From the IMG/VR virus record IMGVR_UViG_3300021963_007714, positions 1 to 64,000 of that record: a DNA stretch of 64,000 nt; one strand, given 5' to 3'. Position 1 is the stretch's first letter. The number at the start of each line of letters is the position of its first letter. This DNA is from a virus. The notes beneath the pieces were generated by a model, which saw only the letters and a program-made list of their open reading frames with translations, was not told the DNA's origin and made no database searches. This document shows positions 29,226 through 40,400 of this stretch, piece by piece. The position numbers and the translations under genes are program-made.

Positions 29226-30584
29226 ATGCCTGTTGATCGATATCTAAACACTGGATCAAATTACGTTCATCCGCAGGAGAGTAATCTATTAAATGTCCAT
29301 AAGGCCATGGAGTATAATGCTCTAGGACAACCTGTTCTTAGGGCGAATGTTAATTTAGTAGGTTCTGGAGAAGGGTCTGGAGTTATTTCCAGCATAGACA
29401 CCAAAGGTCGTCTCAAAGTCCAAACACAGGAGACAATATTTTTTAATACGTTCCAGTATGGCAAAGAAACAGATGTTTGGGATGAATCGGCAGTAAACGG
29501 TGCATCTGCTACCTTTGATTCAAGTTTAAGTCAAATCCGTATGGCCGTTACTAACCAAGTAGGATCTAAGGTAATACGTCAAACACGCAACGTTCAACGT
29601 TATACACCTGGCCGGCAACAGACCATTGCGTTTGCTGTAAGACTACAAACGCCGGTAACTGGTATACGCCGTAGATTTGGGATGTTTGATGGCAATGACG
29701 GATTTTTCTTTGAAGACTGCGGAACCGTGGATGCCACAACAGGACTACCGCAATATGCCTGTGTGGTTATTAACAGTGACGGCGGCACACCTACAGTAGA
29801 AAGAATATATCGAGATCAATGGAACGGTGACAAATTAGATGGCACTGGTCCCAGCGGTATAGTTGCTAATCCGCAGGCACAACAATTAGTAATGATGGAC
29901 TACGAATGGTATGGCGCTGGACATATAGTTTTCATGTTTGTCATTAATGGGCTACCAAGGGTTATACACACCGTTCAAAATGGTAACAGACTACAGAGTC
30001 CTTGGGCCAAAACACCTTTCTTGCCCATTAGATTAGAGATAGAAAATCTCACAGGAGCGGCAGGAACACACTATCTTTATCAGGGAAGTAACAGTTTATT
30101 ATCAGAGGGATCTGTAGAAAAATTAGGGATTGCAGTCAGCCTAATAACCCCTTTGGCAGGCATCAATATGCCACTAAGCAATACATTTTATCCTATAGTA
30201 AGCATAAGATTAAAGAGCACGGCACTTACAGGAATTTTACTGCCGACTTTTTTCCAGGCCAGCACAGTAGATAATACAGATATATATTTTAAACTAATTC
30301 GAAATGCCACGGTTAATGGCACCTGGGTAGATCATCCAGATACTAATTCTTTTACACAATATAACTATACAAGCACAGGTGCTATTACCGATGGGATTGA
30401 GTTAACATCTGGTATTATCACTGCGGGCAGTAGTGGAAGTGGAATTAGAGTAGATGCAGATACAGTTTATCAAGTGGGCAGAGGCAGTCTTGGCACTGTG
30501 AGCGATACATTGACTTTGGCAATCGCCGCAAAAAATGCTAACAAAAATGCCGTTGCTTCAATGACCTGGATTGAACAGAGATAA
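29226..30584 (+). CDS. Virion structural protein (paralog of 53976-57095)
   Basis: Shared RQTR..RY..G, GMFD...GFFFE, WN.DK.DGTG.SG and DY.WYGAG motifs. Confidence 0.7.
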   Translation: MPVDRYLNTGSNYVHPQESNLLNVHKAMEYNALGQPVLRANVNLVGSGEGSGVISSIDTKGRLKVQTQETIFFNTFQYGKETDVWDESAVNGASATFDSSLSQIRMAVTNQVGSKVIRQTRNVQRYTPGRQQTIAFAVRLQTPVTGIRRRFGMFDGNDGFFFEDCGTVDATTGLPQYACVVINSDGGTPTVERIYRDQWNGDKLDGTGPSGIVANPQAQQLVMMDYEWYGAGHIVFMFVINGLPRVIHTVQNGNRLQSPWAKTPFLPIRLEIENLTGAAGTHYLYQGSNSLLSEGSVEKLGIAVSLITPLAGINMPLSNTFYPIVSIRLKSTALTGILLPTFFQASTVDNTDIYFKLIRNATVNGTWVDHPDTNSFTQYNYTSTGAITDGIELTSGIITAGSSGSGIRVDADTVYQVGRGSLGTVSDTLTLAIAAKNANKNAVASMTWIEQR

Positions 30585-30593
30585 AGGAAAAAT

Positions 30594-31028
30594 ATGAAAA
30601 AATTATTAATTATCCTTGCTATGCTACCATTGTTAGCATTTGCACAGAAAACACCACAGGGGGTAACCTATGATGCAAAAATTATCCGTGTTAATGATGG
30701 AGATACTGTGGTCATTGCAGCACCATTCTTGCCAGCACCGCTCAAACCAGAATTAGCAGTTCGCATCTACGGAGTAGACACCCCTGAAAAAGGCTTCAGA
30801 GCACAGTGCCCAAGTGAAGATCAGCGTGGACAAGCAGCCACAGCATTTACTAAAAAAGCAGTAGAATCAACTCAAAAGCATCAGGTCGTGCTCTATGGAT
30901 GGGACAAGTTTGGTGGTCGTGTGTTAGGTGACATGATTCTAAACGGTGTTAGTCTCAGAGCAGAATTGATCAAAAATGGCTATGCCCGCGAATATTTCGG
31001 TGAAGCAAAGCAGAGTTGGTGTAACTAG
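30594..31028 (+). CDS. Thermonuclease (SNase-like) with signal peptide
   Basis: DGDT, VRIYGVDTPE, DKFGGRVLG, LIKNGYA; MKKLLIILAMLPLLAFA. Confidence 0.85.
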   Translation: MKKLLIILAMLPLLAFAQKTPQGVTYDAKIIRVNDGDTVVIAAPFLPAPLKPELAVRIYGVDTPEKGFRAQCPSEDQRGQAATAFTKKAVESTQKHQVVLYGWDKFGGRVLGDMILNGVSLRAELIKNGYAREYFGEAKQSWCN

Positions 31029-31156
31029 TGCCCTGGTATATACATATATATCATTTTATATGGTTAATAATTTGTCTTGCCTTGGGCTTATATATTAGTT
31101 ATTGGATACCATTACTAATTGTGGTAGCAATAGTGTTCTACGGAATGAAGTATTAA
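31028..31156 (+). CDS. Small hydrophobic protein (42 aa; not in the ORF track)
   Basis: GTG overlaps the nuclease stop; MPWYIHIYHFIWLIICLALGLYISYWIPLLIVVAIVFYGMKY. Confidence 0.5.
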   Translation: MPWYIHIYHFIWLIICLALGLYISYWIPLLIVVAIVFYGMKY

Positions 31157-31171
31157 CATAAATACCTTATT

Positions 31172-31426
31172 ATGAGAGCCAGAGAATTTGTAATAAATGT
31201 GCCTATAACCATTAAGATTAATGGAGACGGAGATCCAGAATTAGATATGGGTCAGGGCAGCAAAGATCAACCCGCTGATCCTAGCCAACTTAAACAAGAT
31301 CCTGTAATGGTTCCTCCATTACAGCAACAGATTGAACTACAAAAAGCAGAAGCAGGTAAATTAAGCCCTGTCATAGCAGATCTAACACAAGACGAAGTAG
31401 ATCCAGACACCAAACAACTGCCTTAA
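31172..31426 (+). CDS. Hypothetical late protein
   Basis: TAAATA 7 nt before ATG; MRAREF start; MVPPLQQQIELQK. Confidence 0.7.
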   Translation: MRAREFVINVPITIKINGDGDPELDMGQGSKDQPADPSQLKQDPVMVPPLQQQIELQKAEAGKLSPVIADLTQDEVDPDTKQLP

Positions 31427-31448
31427 AGGGCCCTAAAGGACAAGCCCA

Positions 31449-34406
31449 ATGCCTATACGCAAGATAGAAGCAGGCAGGATAATAACCGTACAGTCAGACC
31501 AATGGGTAGGCCCATATGGTACCATTTGGTATGATGAAACACTGGGTGATCTACGCATAGGTGATGATGTAACTCCTGGTGGTAGGCAAATAAGTTTTGG
31601 TGGCAGTGCGACAGATCTAACCGCTGTTACCACAAACATATTACCAGCAAGCACTTATTCTGGTGTTTTAAACATAGGCAGTCCATCAAATCCGTGGAAT
31701 ACTCTTTATCTAAGCTCTAGCAGTTTTGTATTAGGTGGTAATACCGTTGCTGTGATAGGTGGCGGAATCTATGTTAACGGTAGTCTAGTAACTGGTAGCA
31801 TAGGACCTCAAGGACCTCAAGGTGTAGTTGGACCATCTGGTCCAACTGGTGTTAGCGTAACTGGCCCCCAAGGACCTACAGGAGCTACAGGACCGCAAGG
31901 CATAGTAGGACCTAGTGGACCTAGCGGAGTTACTGTAACTGGCCCTCAGGGACCTCAGGGAATTACAGGTCCAACTGGAGTCCAGGGTAATATAGGACCA
32001 TCAGGAGCAATAGGTCCTAGTGGTGTTCAGGGACCACAGGGTGCTCAAGGAGATACAGGCTCGCAAGGACCACAAGGGCCTACAGGTCTAACAGGTGCAA
32101 CAGGAGTAACAGGTCCTCAGGGCATCCAGGGCGATCAAGGCATAACAGGCCCACAAGGTGTTCAGGGAGCAACCGGTCCCCAAGGAGCGCAAGGTAATGT
32201 TGGTCCACAAGGTCCACAAGGTCTTACTGGTCCACAAGGTCTTACTGGTCCTCAAGGAGCACAAGGGCAGACAGGTCCGCAGGGTCCACAAGGTGTACCT
32301 GGACAGAGTTCTAGTATTTTTCAATTCAAGGCAAATACAACAGCAACTATAGGTGATCCTGGTTCAGGACATTTGATATGGAACAGTATTACACAAACTT
32401 CGGCGACAAGTATTACCTTAAGCCACCTTACTAGCAACAGTTTAGATATAGAATATCTTTTAGGATTCTTACAAAATAATGATACTATTAGAATCCAAGA
32501 ATCTGGTGTAAGTGAGAATTTCCAAAGTTGGCGTGTTATAGGAAATAGCACTGTTACAGTTGGTAGTTATGTAAGTGTACCAGTTTCGTTATTATCTAGC
32601 AGTTATTCATTTACTAGCGAACAAGATCTTATAGTTGTTGTAACATATCCAGGACCAACTGGCCCACAGGGTCCTACAGGATTAACAGGAGCCACGGGAG
32701 CAACAGGACCACAAGGTCCCACTGGTGCTGATGGTACTAGTGTTACTATAGTAGGTACAACTTCTACTCAATCAGGATTGCCATTCCCATATGGAGGAGC
32801 TACGGGTGATGGTTATATTACATCAGGCGATGGGCATCTTTGGATTTATGGTTCTGGAACTTGGACTGATGTAGGAACCATTGTAGGTCCAGAAGGACCT
32901 AGTGGTGTACAAGGACCTCAAGGTCCGATTGGTGTACAAGGACCACAAGGAGCCAGTGGCGTTAGTGGACCACAGGGTGTTAGAGGTCTACAAGGACCTC
33001 AAGGACCAAGCGGTGCTTCTGGAGTTCAAGGTCCTCAAGGAATAGCCGGCCCACAAGGCATAACTGGACCACAAGGAGCTAGTGGAGCTACAGGGCAGGA
33101 TGGTCCACAGGGTGTAACTGGTCCACAAGGAGCTAGTGGTGTAAGCGGGCCACAGGGACCTATAGGCGCTACGGGTGTTGCTGGACCACAAGGGGTACAA
33201 GGGCCACAAGGAGTCAGTGGACCACAAGGCATAGCAGGACCGGAAGGTATACAAGGACCGGAGGGACCACAGGGCCTAACTGGACCACAAGGCTTACAAG
33301 GACCACAAGGAGTAAGTGGACCACAAGGGGCACAGGGGAATACAGGTACTACGGCTACTATAACAATAGGTGTAGTTACTAGTGGAACAACTGCTTCTGT
33401 AACAAATACAGGTAATCAATATGAAGCTGTTCTGAATTTTGTTGTACCTGTAGGTCCTCAAGGGCCTCAAGGTCCAGCTGGGGCTACTGGGACAGAAGGT
33501 CCACAAGGGCCGAGTGGAGCAAGTGGTGTCAGTGGGCCATCTGGTCCCCAAGGTGTAAAAGGTGACACTGCTACTCTCACAGTAAGTTTAATCAGTATTG
33601 CTGGAACTTATTCAAATACTGTTACAAATGTTTCTGCTTTAAGATTTGATAGCGATAGTGGTTTTGATGTAATTGACCTTGGTTCTGGTAATGCTAAGAT
33701 ACAACTTAATTCTACATTTAAGTATTGGAATGTAGATGGAAATCCTGGATTAGTTGCCGAAGGATTAGATACTGTAAATTTCATAGCCAGTACAGGCTCA
33801 CAGATTGTTGCTCTTATATCTGGAACTAACAAGTCCATAACTTTTTCAATAAGACCGGCTACTACATCTAGTCTTGGTGGTATTAAAGTAGGTTCCGGCC
33901 TAAGCATTACACCAGACGGAACTCTCAGCGCATTTGGTGGTGATTATAATACGTTAATCAATAAACCTTTTATACCAAGCACTTTAAACGACTTAAGTGA
34001 TGTAAACACAAGCGGAGCTCTTTCTGGGCAAGTGCTAAAATATGATGGATCTAACTGGACGCCTCAGGCTGATCTAGTAGGATCCGGTGCTCTTACAACA
34101 ATAAAAACATTCAATGTGCTAGGTAGATTTAATGCGCCTGTGCTTGGAAAAGCAATATTTGTACCCCCTACAGCAGATACCATTAGATCAATAACACTCA
34201 CTAACGGAGGGGGCGTTGTAGGCAATGATCTTATGGTAGGATTATATAGAAATAACGAATTATTGAATTTCTTTACAATTCCTGCAGGATATTTTAGGCA
34301 AAATTATTCAGGATTAAATTTTTATATTAGTACTACTGATTATATCACAGTCAGTGTGGTGGCAGGACAAGGGGAAAACTTCTCGATGACCCTACTGAAC
34401 GCATGA
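31449..34406 (+). CDS. Collagen-like tail fibre protein
   Basis: Four G-X-Y tracts (~31800-32300, 32650-32735, 32885-33345, 33450-33565) separated by globular modules. Confidence 0.9.
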   Translation: MPIRKIEAGRIITVQSDQWVGPYGTIWYDETLGDLRIGDDVTPGGRQISFGGSATDLTAVTTNILPASTYSGVLNIGSPSNPWNTLYLSSSSFVLGGNTVAVIGGGIYVNGSLVTGSIGPQGPQGVVGPSGPTGVSVTGPQGPTGATGPQGIVGPSGPSGVTVTGPQGPQGITGPTGVQGNIGPSGAIGPSGVQGPQGAQGDTGSQGPQGPTGLTGATGVTGPQGIQGDQGITGPQGVQGATGPQGAQGNVGPQGPQGLTGPQGLTGPQGAQGQTGPQGPQGVPGQSSSIFQFKANTTATIGDPGSGHLIWNSITQTSATSITLSHLTSNSLDIEYLLGFLQNNDTIRIQESGVSENFQSWRVIGNSTVTVGSYVSVPVSLLSSSYSFTSEQDLIVVVTYPGPTGPQGPTGLTGATGATGPQGPTGADGTSVTIVGTTSTQSGLPFPYGGATGDGYITSGDGHLWIYGSGTWTDVGTIVGPEGPSGVQGPQGPIGVQGPQGASGVSGPQGVRGLQGPQGPSGASGVQGPQGIAGPQGITGPQGASGATGQDGPQGVTGPQGASGVSGPQGPIGATGVAGPQGVQGPQGVSGPQGIAGPEGIQGPEGPQGLTGPQGLQGPQGVSGPQGAQGNTGTTATITIGVVTSGTTASVTNTGNQYEAVLNFVVPVGPQGPQGPAGATGTEGPQGPSGASGVSGPSGPQGVKGDTATLTVSLISIAGTYSNTVTNVSALRFDSDSGFDVIDLGSGNAKIQLNSTFKYWNVDGNPGLVAEGLDTVNFIASTGSQIVALISGTNKSITFSIRPATTSSLGGIKVGSGLSITPDGTLSAFGGDYNTLINKPFIPSTLNDLSDVNTSGALSGQVLKYDGSNWTPQADLVGSGALTTIKTFNVLGRFNAPVLGKAIFVPPTADTIRSITLTNGGGVVGNDLMVGLYRNNELLNFFTIPAGYFRQNYSGLNFYISTTDYITVSVVAGQGENFSMTLLNA

Positions 34407-34467
34407 TTTTTATAAATAAATAAAATAAAAAGTACGTTGGAAAGTCCAACAATTAGGAGAAATTTAA

Positions 34468-37428
34468 ATGGCAACATTGAACGAATTAGGTAGAAATAGT
34501 GCCGCAATCACATATGGACCAAGCAGTTTAGGTGCTGATTCTTGGCCAACTCTGACACTTTGGGATCAGTGGTTGAGAAACGACACACTACAGGGCACAG
34601 CTACCGCATCATCTACCACAGTAACTGGTGTAGGTTCAGTATATTTGACACAATTGAGAGCAGGAGATGTTGTTCTCATTGCAGGTCAACAAAGAACTGT
34701 AGCATCTGTGGCCAGTGACACAAGCTTTTCTGTTACAGTAGCATTTAGTCCTGCTATTACAGTGGCAAGTGCTGTGAAATTTATTAATACAACACTTACA
34801 GGAACAGCTGGTGCAACTGTTCGTCAAAGTACCAATGGTACTGTGTCTGTGGTCAGTGGACTAACGCAGGTTGTAGGTACAGGTACTTATTTCTTAAGTG
34901 ATATGACAAGTGCTGTGACTACTGGCAGCGCAATGGCAGGAACTATCAGCATTGACGTTAGTGGTAATGTAACAGGTTCTGGTACATCATTCTTAACTGG
35001 CGCCAGTGCTAATCAATTACAGCCAGGTGACTGTCTATGGATTAACACAGCTACAACTTCATATCTAGTAGTTGCTTCTGTGGTAAGTGATACTACTGCA
35101 ACAGTTGTAACTGCACCTAGCGGAGCGATTTCAGGTGGAACATATGCTAAAGCGACCAACGGTGTAATTGGAAGATATATCAGTATCAATGGTAGATTCC
35201 GCCAGGTTACTAGCATTGAGAATAATACCAGTATGTATGTTAATGCAGCTTGGGATTTCACTGACAGCGGCATGAAAGTAAAAACTTTCCCAAGGGGTAC
35301 AGTGGCAGTAAGTGCCGGAACATCTAATGTGACAGGATCAAATACAAACTTTTTCTGGGATTTTGTTTCAGGTGACCAAGTTTGGTTTGGTGATGAATTA
35401 CGTACAATGACTTTTAGTTCCCCCACAGTAGCTACAATTACTGATTATTCAGGATATTCAGGAACTGCTATTGGTGTTCTGCGTCAAGGCTTTTCAGGAT
35501 TACCACTACACAGGGAAGATACATACATCACGGGTTCAGGAACAGCATTTTTAACAGAATTGCGAGTTGGTGATGATCTAATTATTAATGGCACTGAATG
35601 TACGGTAACACAAATTTTAAGTAATACCTTAATGAGAGTCAATATAGATTGGACGCATACTATTAGTGGACAAACTATATATAAGAAACGTAAAGTGCAT
35701 GGTTGGATATTAGAGGGTACAAGAGAGGGTTCTGGTTCTGCAGGTAAGTTTACTACAAGTGATAGCATGTTGATCACAGCAAATACCTTTGCTATAGCAG
35801 GAACAAACACAATTACATTAAATAATGCTAGTTCATTTAACCAATATGCTTTTGTTAAGATTCAAGGTGCTGGTGGACCTCCTGTTGCCCTAAGTGGACA
35901 AATTAATACTGTTAGTGGTAGCACTACTATTACAGGTGTTAATACTCTGTTTACAAGCCAATTACACGTAGGTGCTGAAATCTGTATTGCTGGTCAATAT
36001 TTTACTGTTACAGCGATTGCCAGTGATACCAGCCTTACAGTGAATGCTTCAATGAGTGTTACTGGTCCTACTCCAATATATAGGACTACACCGTTGTATA
36101 CCTATATTGCCAGTAAGGTCTCAAATACATTAACATTGGGTACCACAATCAAAAATACATTGACATCCACAGGTGCTAATCCTCCATTGGTATATACTCC
36201 TAGTGCTGCTACAGACTTTTTAGAGTATGTCTATAGTGCTCCCAATAAGACAGCAGAAGCTAGCGTTACATTGTTTAACACGAGCTTAGATCGCAAGTAT
36301 ATGGGCGTTAGATTTTATCCATTAGCTACTGGTGGCGGTTCTGGTAATACATTGGCAACTGCCGGTGCAGCATACAATACCACAGTATATGAGCGTTGGA
36401 CAGCAACTCATGCTCAAACAAATGGTGTTGGTATCAATCAAGCTGATCGTAGTGGTAATACTGATGCACTAAGTGGTGTAACTGATATTACAAGTTGCTA
36501 CCAAACAACAGGTGGATTCTTATATCTATTTGCCAAGCCTCGATATTTTATCGTACAGGGCAAGTCATTTAGTAACCTATTCCAACCATGGGTAGGATGT
36601 GTAGAATTTGAGCGTGCTCAACCAGAAGATACAGGTACAGGCTTAGGTGTAAGTACAGGTATTAGTTTTGCTACTGCTCCGACCACTACAACAGCTTTAT
36701 CAGGTACCCCTGCTATAGCTCCATGGCCTTGCTTTGCATATTTCCATAGCAATAGATTCCCATTGGGCAGCGAACAGACACCTACAGCACCTGTAAACTT
36801 TACTACTGGTCATGCTGTACACGGTGGTATATTTGCTGTTCCTAGAATTAGATCAAGCACTGGTGATTTGGTTGGATTAAATGCTCATGTTTATAGTGCA
36901 GCTACAATTACAACTGGACGTTGGGGACACTTATACGACCTACGTGCTGGCGGTTCTTACAATGATCCTACTACTGCTATTGCTGGTGGTGCAATTACAG
37001 CAACAGCCAATACTGTACCTCAACCACACCTTGGACATTTGGTGCCAGTGAACACTAACATTTACAATGCTAAACGTTTTATGTTTAGCCCAGTGGTAGT
37101 ATTAGGTCCAAGTTATGATCCAGATATCCGTGGTAGAATTTATGGATTAAAGATTATACCTGCTGGTTTAGGAACATTGATGGATACCGTTAGTGTTACA
37201 ATAGACAGTAATGATTTTTATGATTCGACACAATCAGCGCAGGATCATTGGGTGGTTACTGTTGCCAATCAATCTTCTGGATTGCCTAGCATTTTAACTT
37301 ATAGATTCTATCTAAATAGTAACCTTGCTCCACAGGCATATAGAAGTATTGAGGATGTTGGTGCGGCTACATCAGCTAACACTAAGACCACATTCGCTAA
37401 TAACTTTAGATTTGCTATACCGGCTTAA
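34468..37428 (+). CDS. Virion structural protein with ~6 'TG.GT.F...L..GD' beta repeats
   Basis: Repeats visible in the translation; TATAAATA at 34411 and AGGAG RBS. Confidence 0.75.
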   Translation: MATLNELGRNSAAITYGPSSLGADSWPTLTLWDQWLRNDTLQGTATASSTTVTGVGSVYLTQLRAGDVVLIAGQQRTVASVASDTSFSVTVAFSPAITVASAVKFINTTLTGTAGATVRQSTNGTVSVVSGLTQVVGTGTYFLSDMTSAVTTGSAMAGTISIDVSGNVTGSGTSFLTGASANQLQPGDCLWINTATTSYLVVASVVSDTTATVVTAPSGAISGGTYAKATNGVIGRYISINGRFRQVTSIENNTSMYVNAAWDFTDSGMKVKTFPRGTVAVSAGTSNVTGSNTNFFWDFVSGDQVWFGDELRTMTFSSPTVATITDYSGYSGTAIGVLRQGFSGLPLHREDTYITGSGTAFLTELRVGDDLIINGTECTVTQILSNTLMRVNIDWTHTISGQTIYKKRKVHGWILEGTREGSGSAGKFTTSDSMLITANTFAIAGTNTITLNNASSFNQYAFVKIQGAGGPPVALSGQINTVSGSTTITGVNTLFTSQLHVGAEICIAGQYFTVTAIASDTSLTVNASMSVTGPTPIYRTTPLYTYIASKVSNTLTLGTTIKNTLTSTGANPPLVYTPSAATDFLEYVYSAPNKTAEASVTLFNTSLDRKYMGVRFYPLATGGGSGNTLATAGAAYNTTVYERWTATHAQTNGVGINQADRSGNTDALSGVTDITSCYQTTGGFLYLFAKPRYFIVQGKSFSNLFQPWVGCVEFERAQPEDTGTGLGVSTGISFATAPTTTTALSGTPAIAPWPCFAYFHSNRFPLGSEQTPTAPVNFTTGHAVHGGIFAVPRIRSSTGDLVGLNAHVYSAATITTGRWGHLYDLRAGGSYNDPTTAIAGGAITATANTVPQPHLGHLVPVNTNIYNAKRFMFSPVVVLGPSYDPDIRGRIYGLKIIPAGLGTLMDTVSVTIDSNDFYDSTQSAQDHWVVTVANQSSGLPSILTYRFYLNSNLAPQAYRSIEDVGAATSANTKTTFANNFRFAIPA

Positions 37429-37445
37429 CGGCGTCTAGAGCATAG

Positions 37446-37478
37446 AAAAAGCCAGCAGAACACGCTGGCTTTTTTTTT
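37446..37478 (+). terminator. Intrinsic terminator
   Basis: GCCAGC-agaacac-GCTGGC followed by T9. Confidence 0.9.
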
Positions 37479-37493
37479 GGTAAATATGATATC

Positions 37494-40400
37494 ATGCCGA
37501 TCTTAGTGTTTCCTCCTCCCGGTTCACCCGGTTCACAAGCTTTAACTGCTACCTTCGTAGTAGTAGTACCAGAAGCTGGAACACCTAAACAAGTCCTTCA
37601 AAGTATATCAACCTCTACTGTAACTGTTTTTATACAGGAAGGTATTCCAGTCACCAGTCAACCTGCGTATTATTCAGCAGATGTAGTTAATTGGTATATA
37701 AATGATAATACATTGTTGCCATTAACACCAGTAAGTCAAAGCACTATTACTTTGACCTATAGGTCAACACCTATCTACAATCCATTAAACAAGATTAAGA
37801 TAAGATCGTCTAGTTATGAATTTCCTATAATTGTTACACCTACTACAGTAACTAGCACTTCTCTTAGTTTTACCAATCCTATTGAACTTAATTTGCCAGT
37901 AATAAGCGATGCTAGGATATATTTTGGAGAAAATACAACTGTAGAGACGCCTAGGTATTCTGGAGATAGTGTCCCTACGTACGAATTAAAATACACAGGA
38001 AGAAAATTTCCTAAGATACCTGTGTTGGAAATTCCAGAGCGTGGATACCAACTAACTACCGTTACCAACACCACAGCTACCCTTGGACCAACAGTTGGGG
38101 TTCCTATAGTAAATCAAACATATTTTGATTCATCGAATTATGTTAATTACTACCTATATGATTCAGATATCTTTACTGTAACTCATAGTGTCCCGCCAAC
38201 GATAACAGTAAATTTTGTCTACGATCAGCGTATAAAAATTACCAACCTGATTAGAGTTGCCAATCAAGAATATACGTACCCTAGAGTTTTGACCCTAACA
38301 AGTTCAACTAATTCCAGTATAACATTTAATAATCCTGGAGATTTTGGTGTTTGGTCTCAAGGGTACATTTACTTTCAAGAAATCAATTCTATTCAAATAG
38401 CTAGTTACACAGCTACCAATAACACAGTACTATTGGGCAACTTTGATCTTGTAGCAAGAAGAAAAGTTAGAATTGGAGTAGAGTTAGCAGAACTGCCAAA
38501 CTTACCAAACGCAGAAGTTGTCCAAAAAAATGATCAGCTTAGGGCAATAGGATATCAATTTGGAAAGCCAGGCCCGAGTTTTCAAAATATCACAACCTCT
38601 AGTATTGTTATATTCCCTAATCCTGGATATTCAGCATTAACACAATCGGCCTATTACAGTTCTGACATTGTACGTAATTATATCTATGATGAAGATTTAT
38701 TCCCGTTAACTGCGTCAACAGAGTCAACTGTAGTTCTAACATTTAATCCTGTAGAATATATTAATTTAGTTAACAAAGTAAGAATTAGTGGAAGTAGCTA
38801 CACCTATCCAACTATACTAAATCTTACCAGTGCAACAAACACATCAGTTTCATTTGTCAATCCTGGTGATTTCCCAATTATATCAGAACCAGTAATTTAT
38901 TTTGGTCAGGACAGCATAACAGAAAATGTAAGATATTCAAGTGATCTAGTATCTGAATTTAGTTCGGCTTTGGTTTCAAATCCAGTTTTTAGAATTGTAC
39001 AACCATTATTTGAATTACGTCCTAGAGCAGCAATTTTAGTTACAGTAACTAACTATACCAGCACAATGTTTTCTAGTATAGGTATACCTATATTAAATCA
39101 AACTGCCTATTATACTTCAAATGTTGTAGATTACTATATAAATGATAATGATCTGTTGCCTTTGACCGCAATAAGCACAGCATCAATTACAATATCTTTC
39201 TTTAATAGCATATATACCAATCAGCTTAACAGAGTAAGAATAGCTAACGAAACTTATGAATATCCTAGAGTAATTAACCTCACAACATCAAATTCTACCA
39301 GTATAACTTTTAATAACCCTGGAGATTTTGGTATCATATCTGAAGGAAAAATCTATTTTCAAGAATCTGTGACACAGGTAAATTCAGTTTATAGTGAGTC
39401 ACCTTACCAGTTTAATATCGCCTATCCTACTCTAGATGTGAAGCGACATGTAAGAATAGGAGAACAATTTGTAGATACAACTCTAAGGGTAGGTAGCCAA
39501 GAATTATCAACTGTAACATCATCAGCTACCATTGTATACCCTGGACCAGCAATACCTATACCTTATTTGGAAAGTAAGTATTTGGCAGATGTGGTGAATT
39601 ATTATATCAATGATAATGATCTATTACCATTAACCAATTTAACTACGGCTTCGATCAGACTGAACTTTGCCTATACAACATTTCAAAACCCTATCAATAA
39701 AATTAGGATCTTTGGACCGGAGTATAACTATCCTAGATTAATCACGATAACCAGTGCTACAAATACCTATGTAGAATTCGCTAACCCCGGTGATTTACCA
39801 GTTATCAGTGATCCTAAATTTCAATTTGCTGAAAACAGTCAAATAGATACAGCTATCTACATAAGCCGAGATTTTGCTAATTTTACCTATCTGCCATATA
39901 GAAAAGTTAAATTAGGTAATGAAATAAAAGCCAGTTCTACCAGTACTATAACATCGGGTGCTGTGGCTAGATATAAATTTTCCTTACCACTTACTACACA
40001 ATTTTCTAATCAACTGCCTCCAAACATAGGTGCTATTAATGTATGGACAGCATTAGATCACGATCTACCATTCTTTAATACACCTCTCGTATATAATATT
40101 GCTCAAACAATTTATACAACTGGTTTTCCTGCTCCCGGTTTTTATACCTATACATCAGTTCAACGTGGAGATGTGGCCAGAGGCCTAGCACCAATAACTA
40201 TTCCAGGTGACATTGCTAGCTATACCAATAATTATTTGGTTTTCTTAGGCAGGGCTCCTTTAAGAGAACCTGCAGCAGGTTTGGTAAAAATAGGGCAAGG
40301 AGCACTTACAAGAAGAATAGTTGAACCAATTAGATTTACTCGTCCTAATATCTACATCACTGTTACATCAGCTACATCATTTGCTAGATCAGTTAACCTT

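Noticed and set aside
31433-35810. Minus-strand ORFs over the collagen and beta-repeat genes (and similar short antisense ORFs elsewhere in the track)
   Set aside because: Shadow frames caused by codon periodicity of the real plus-strand genes; no RBS or promoter support.
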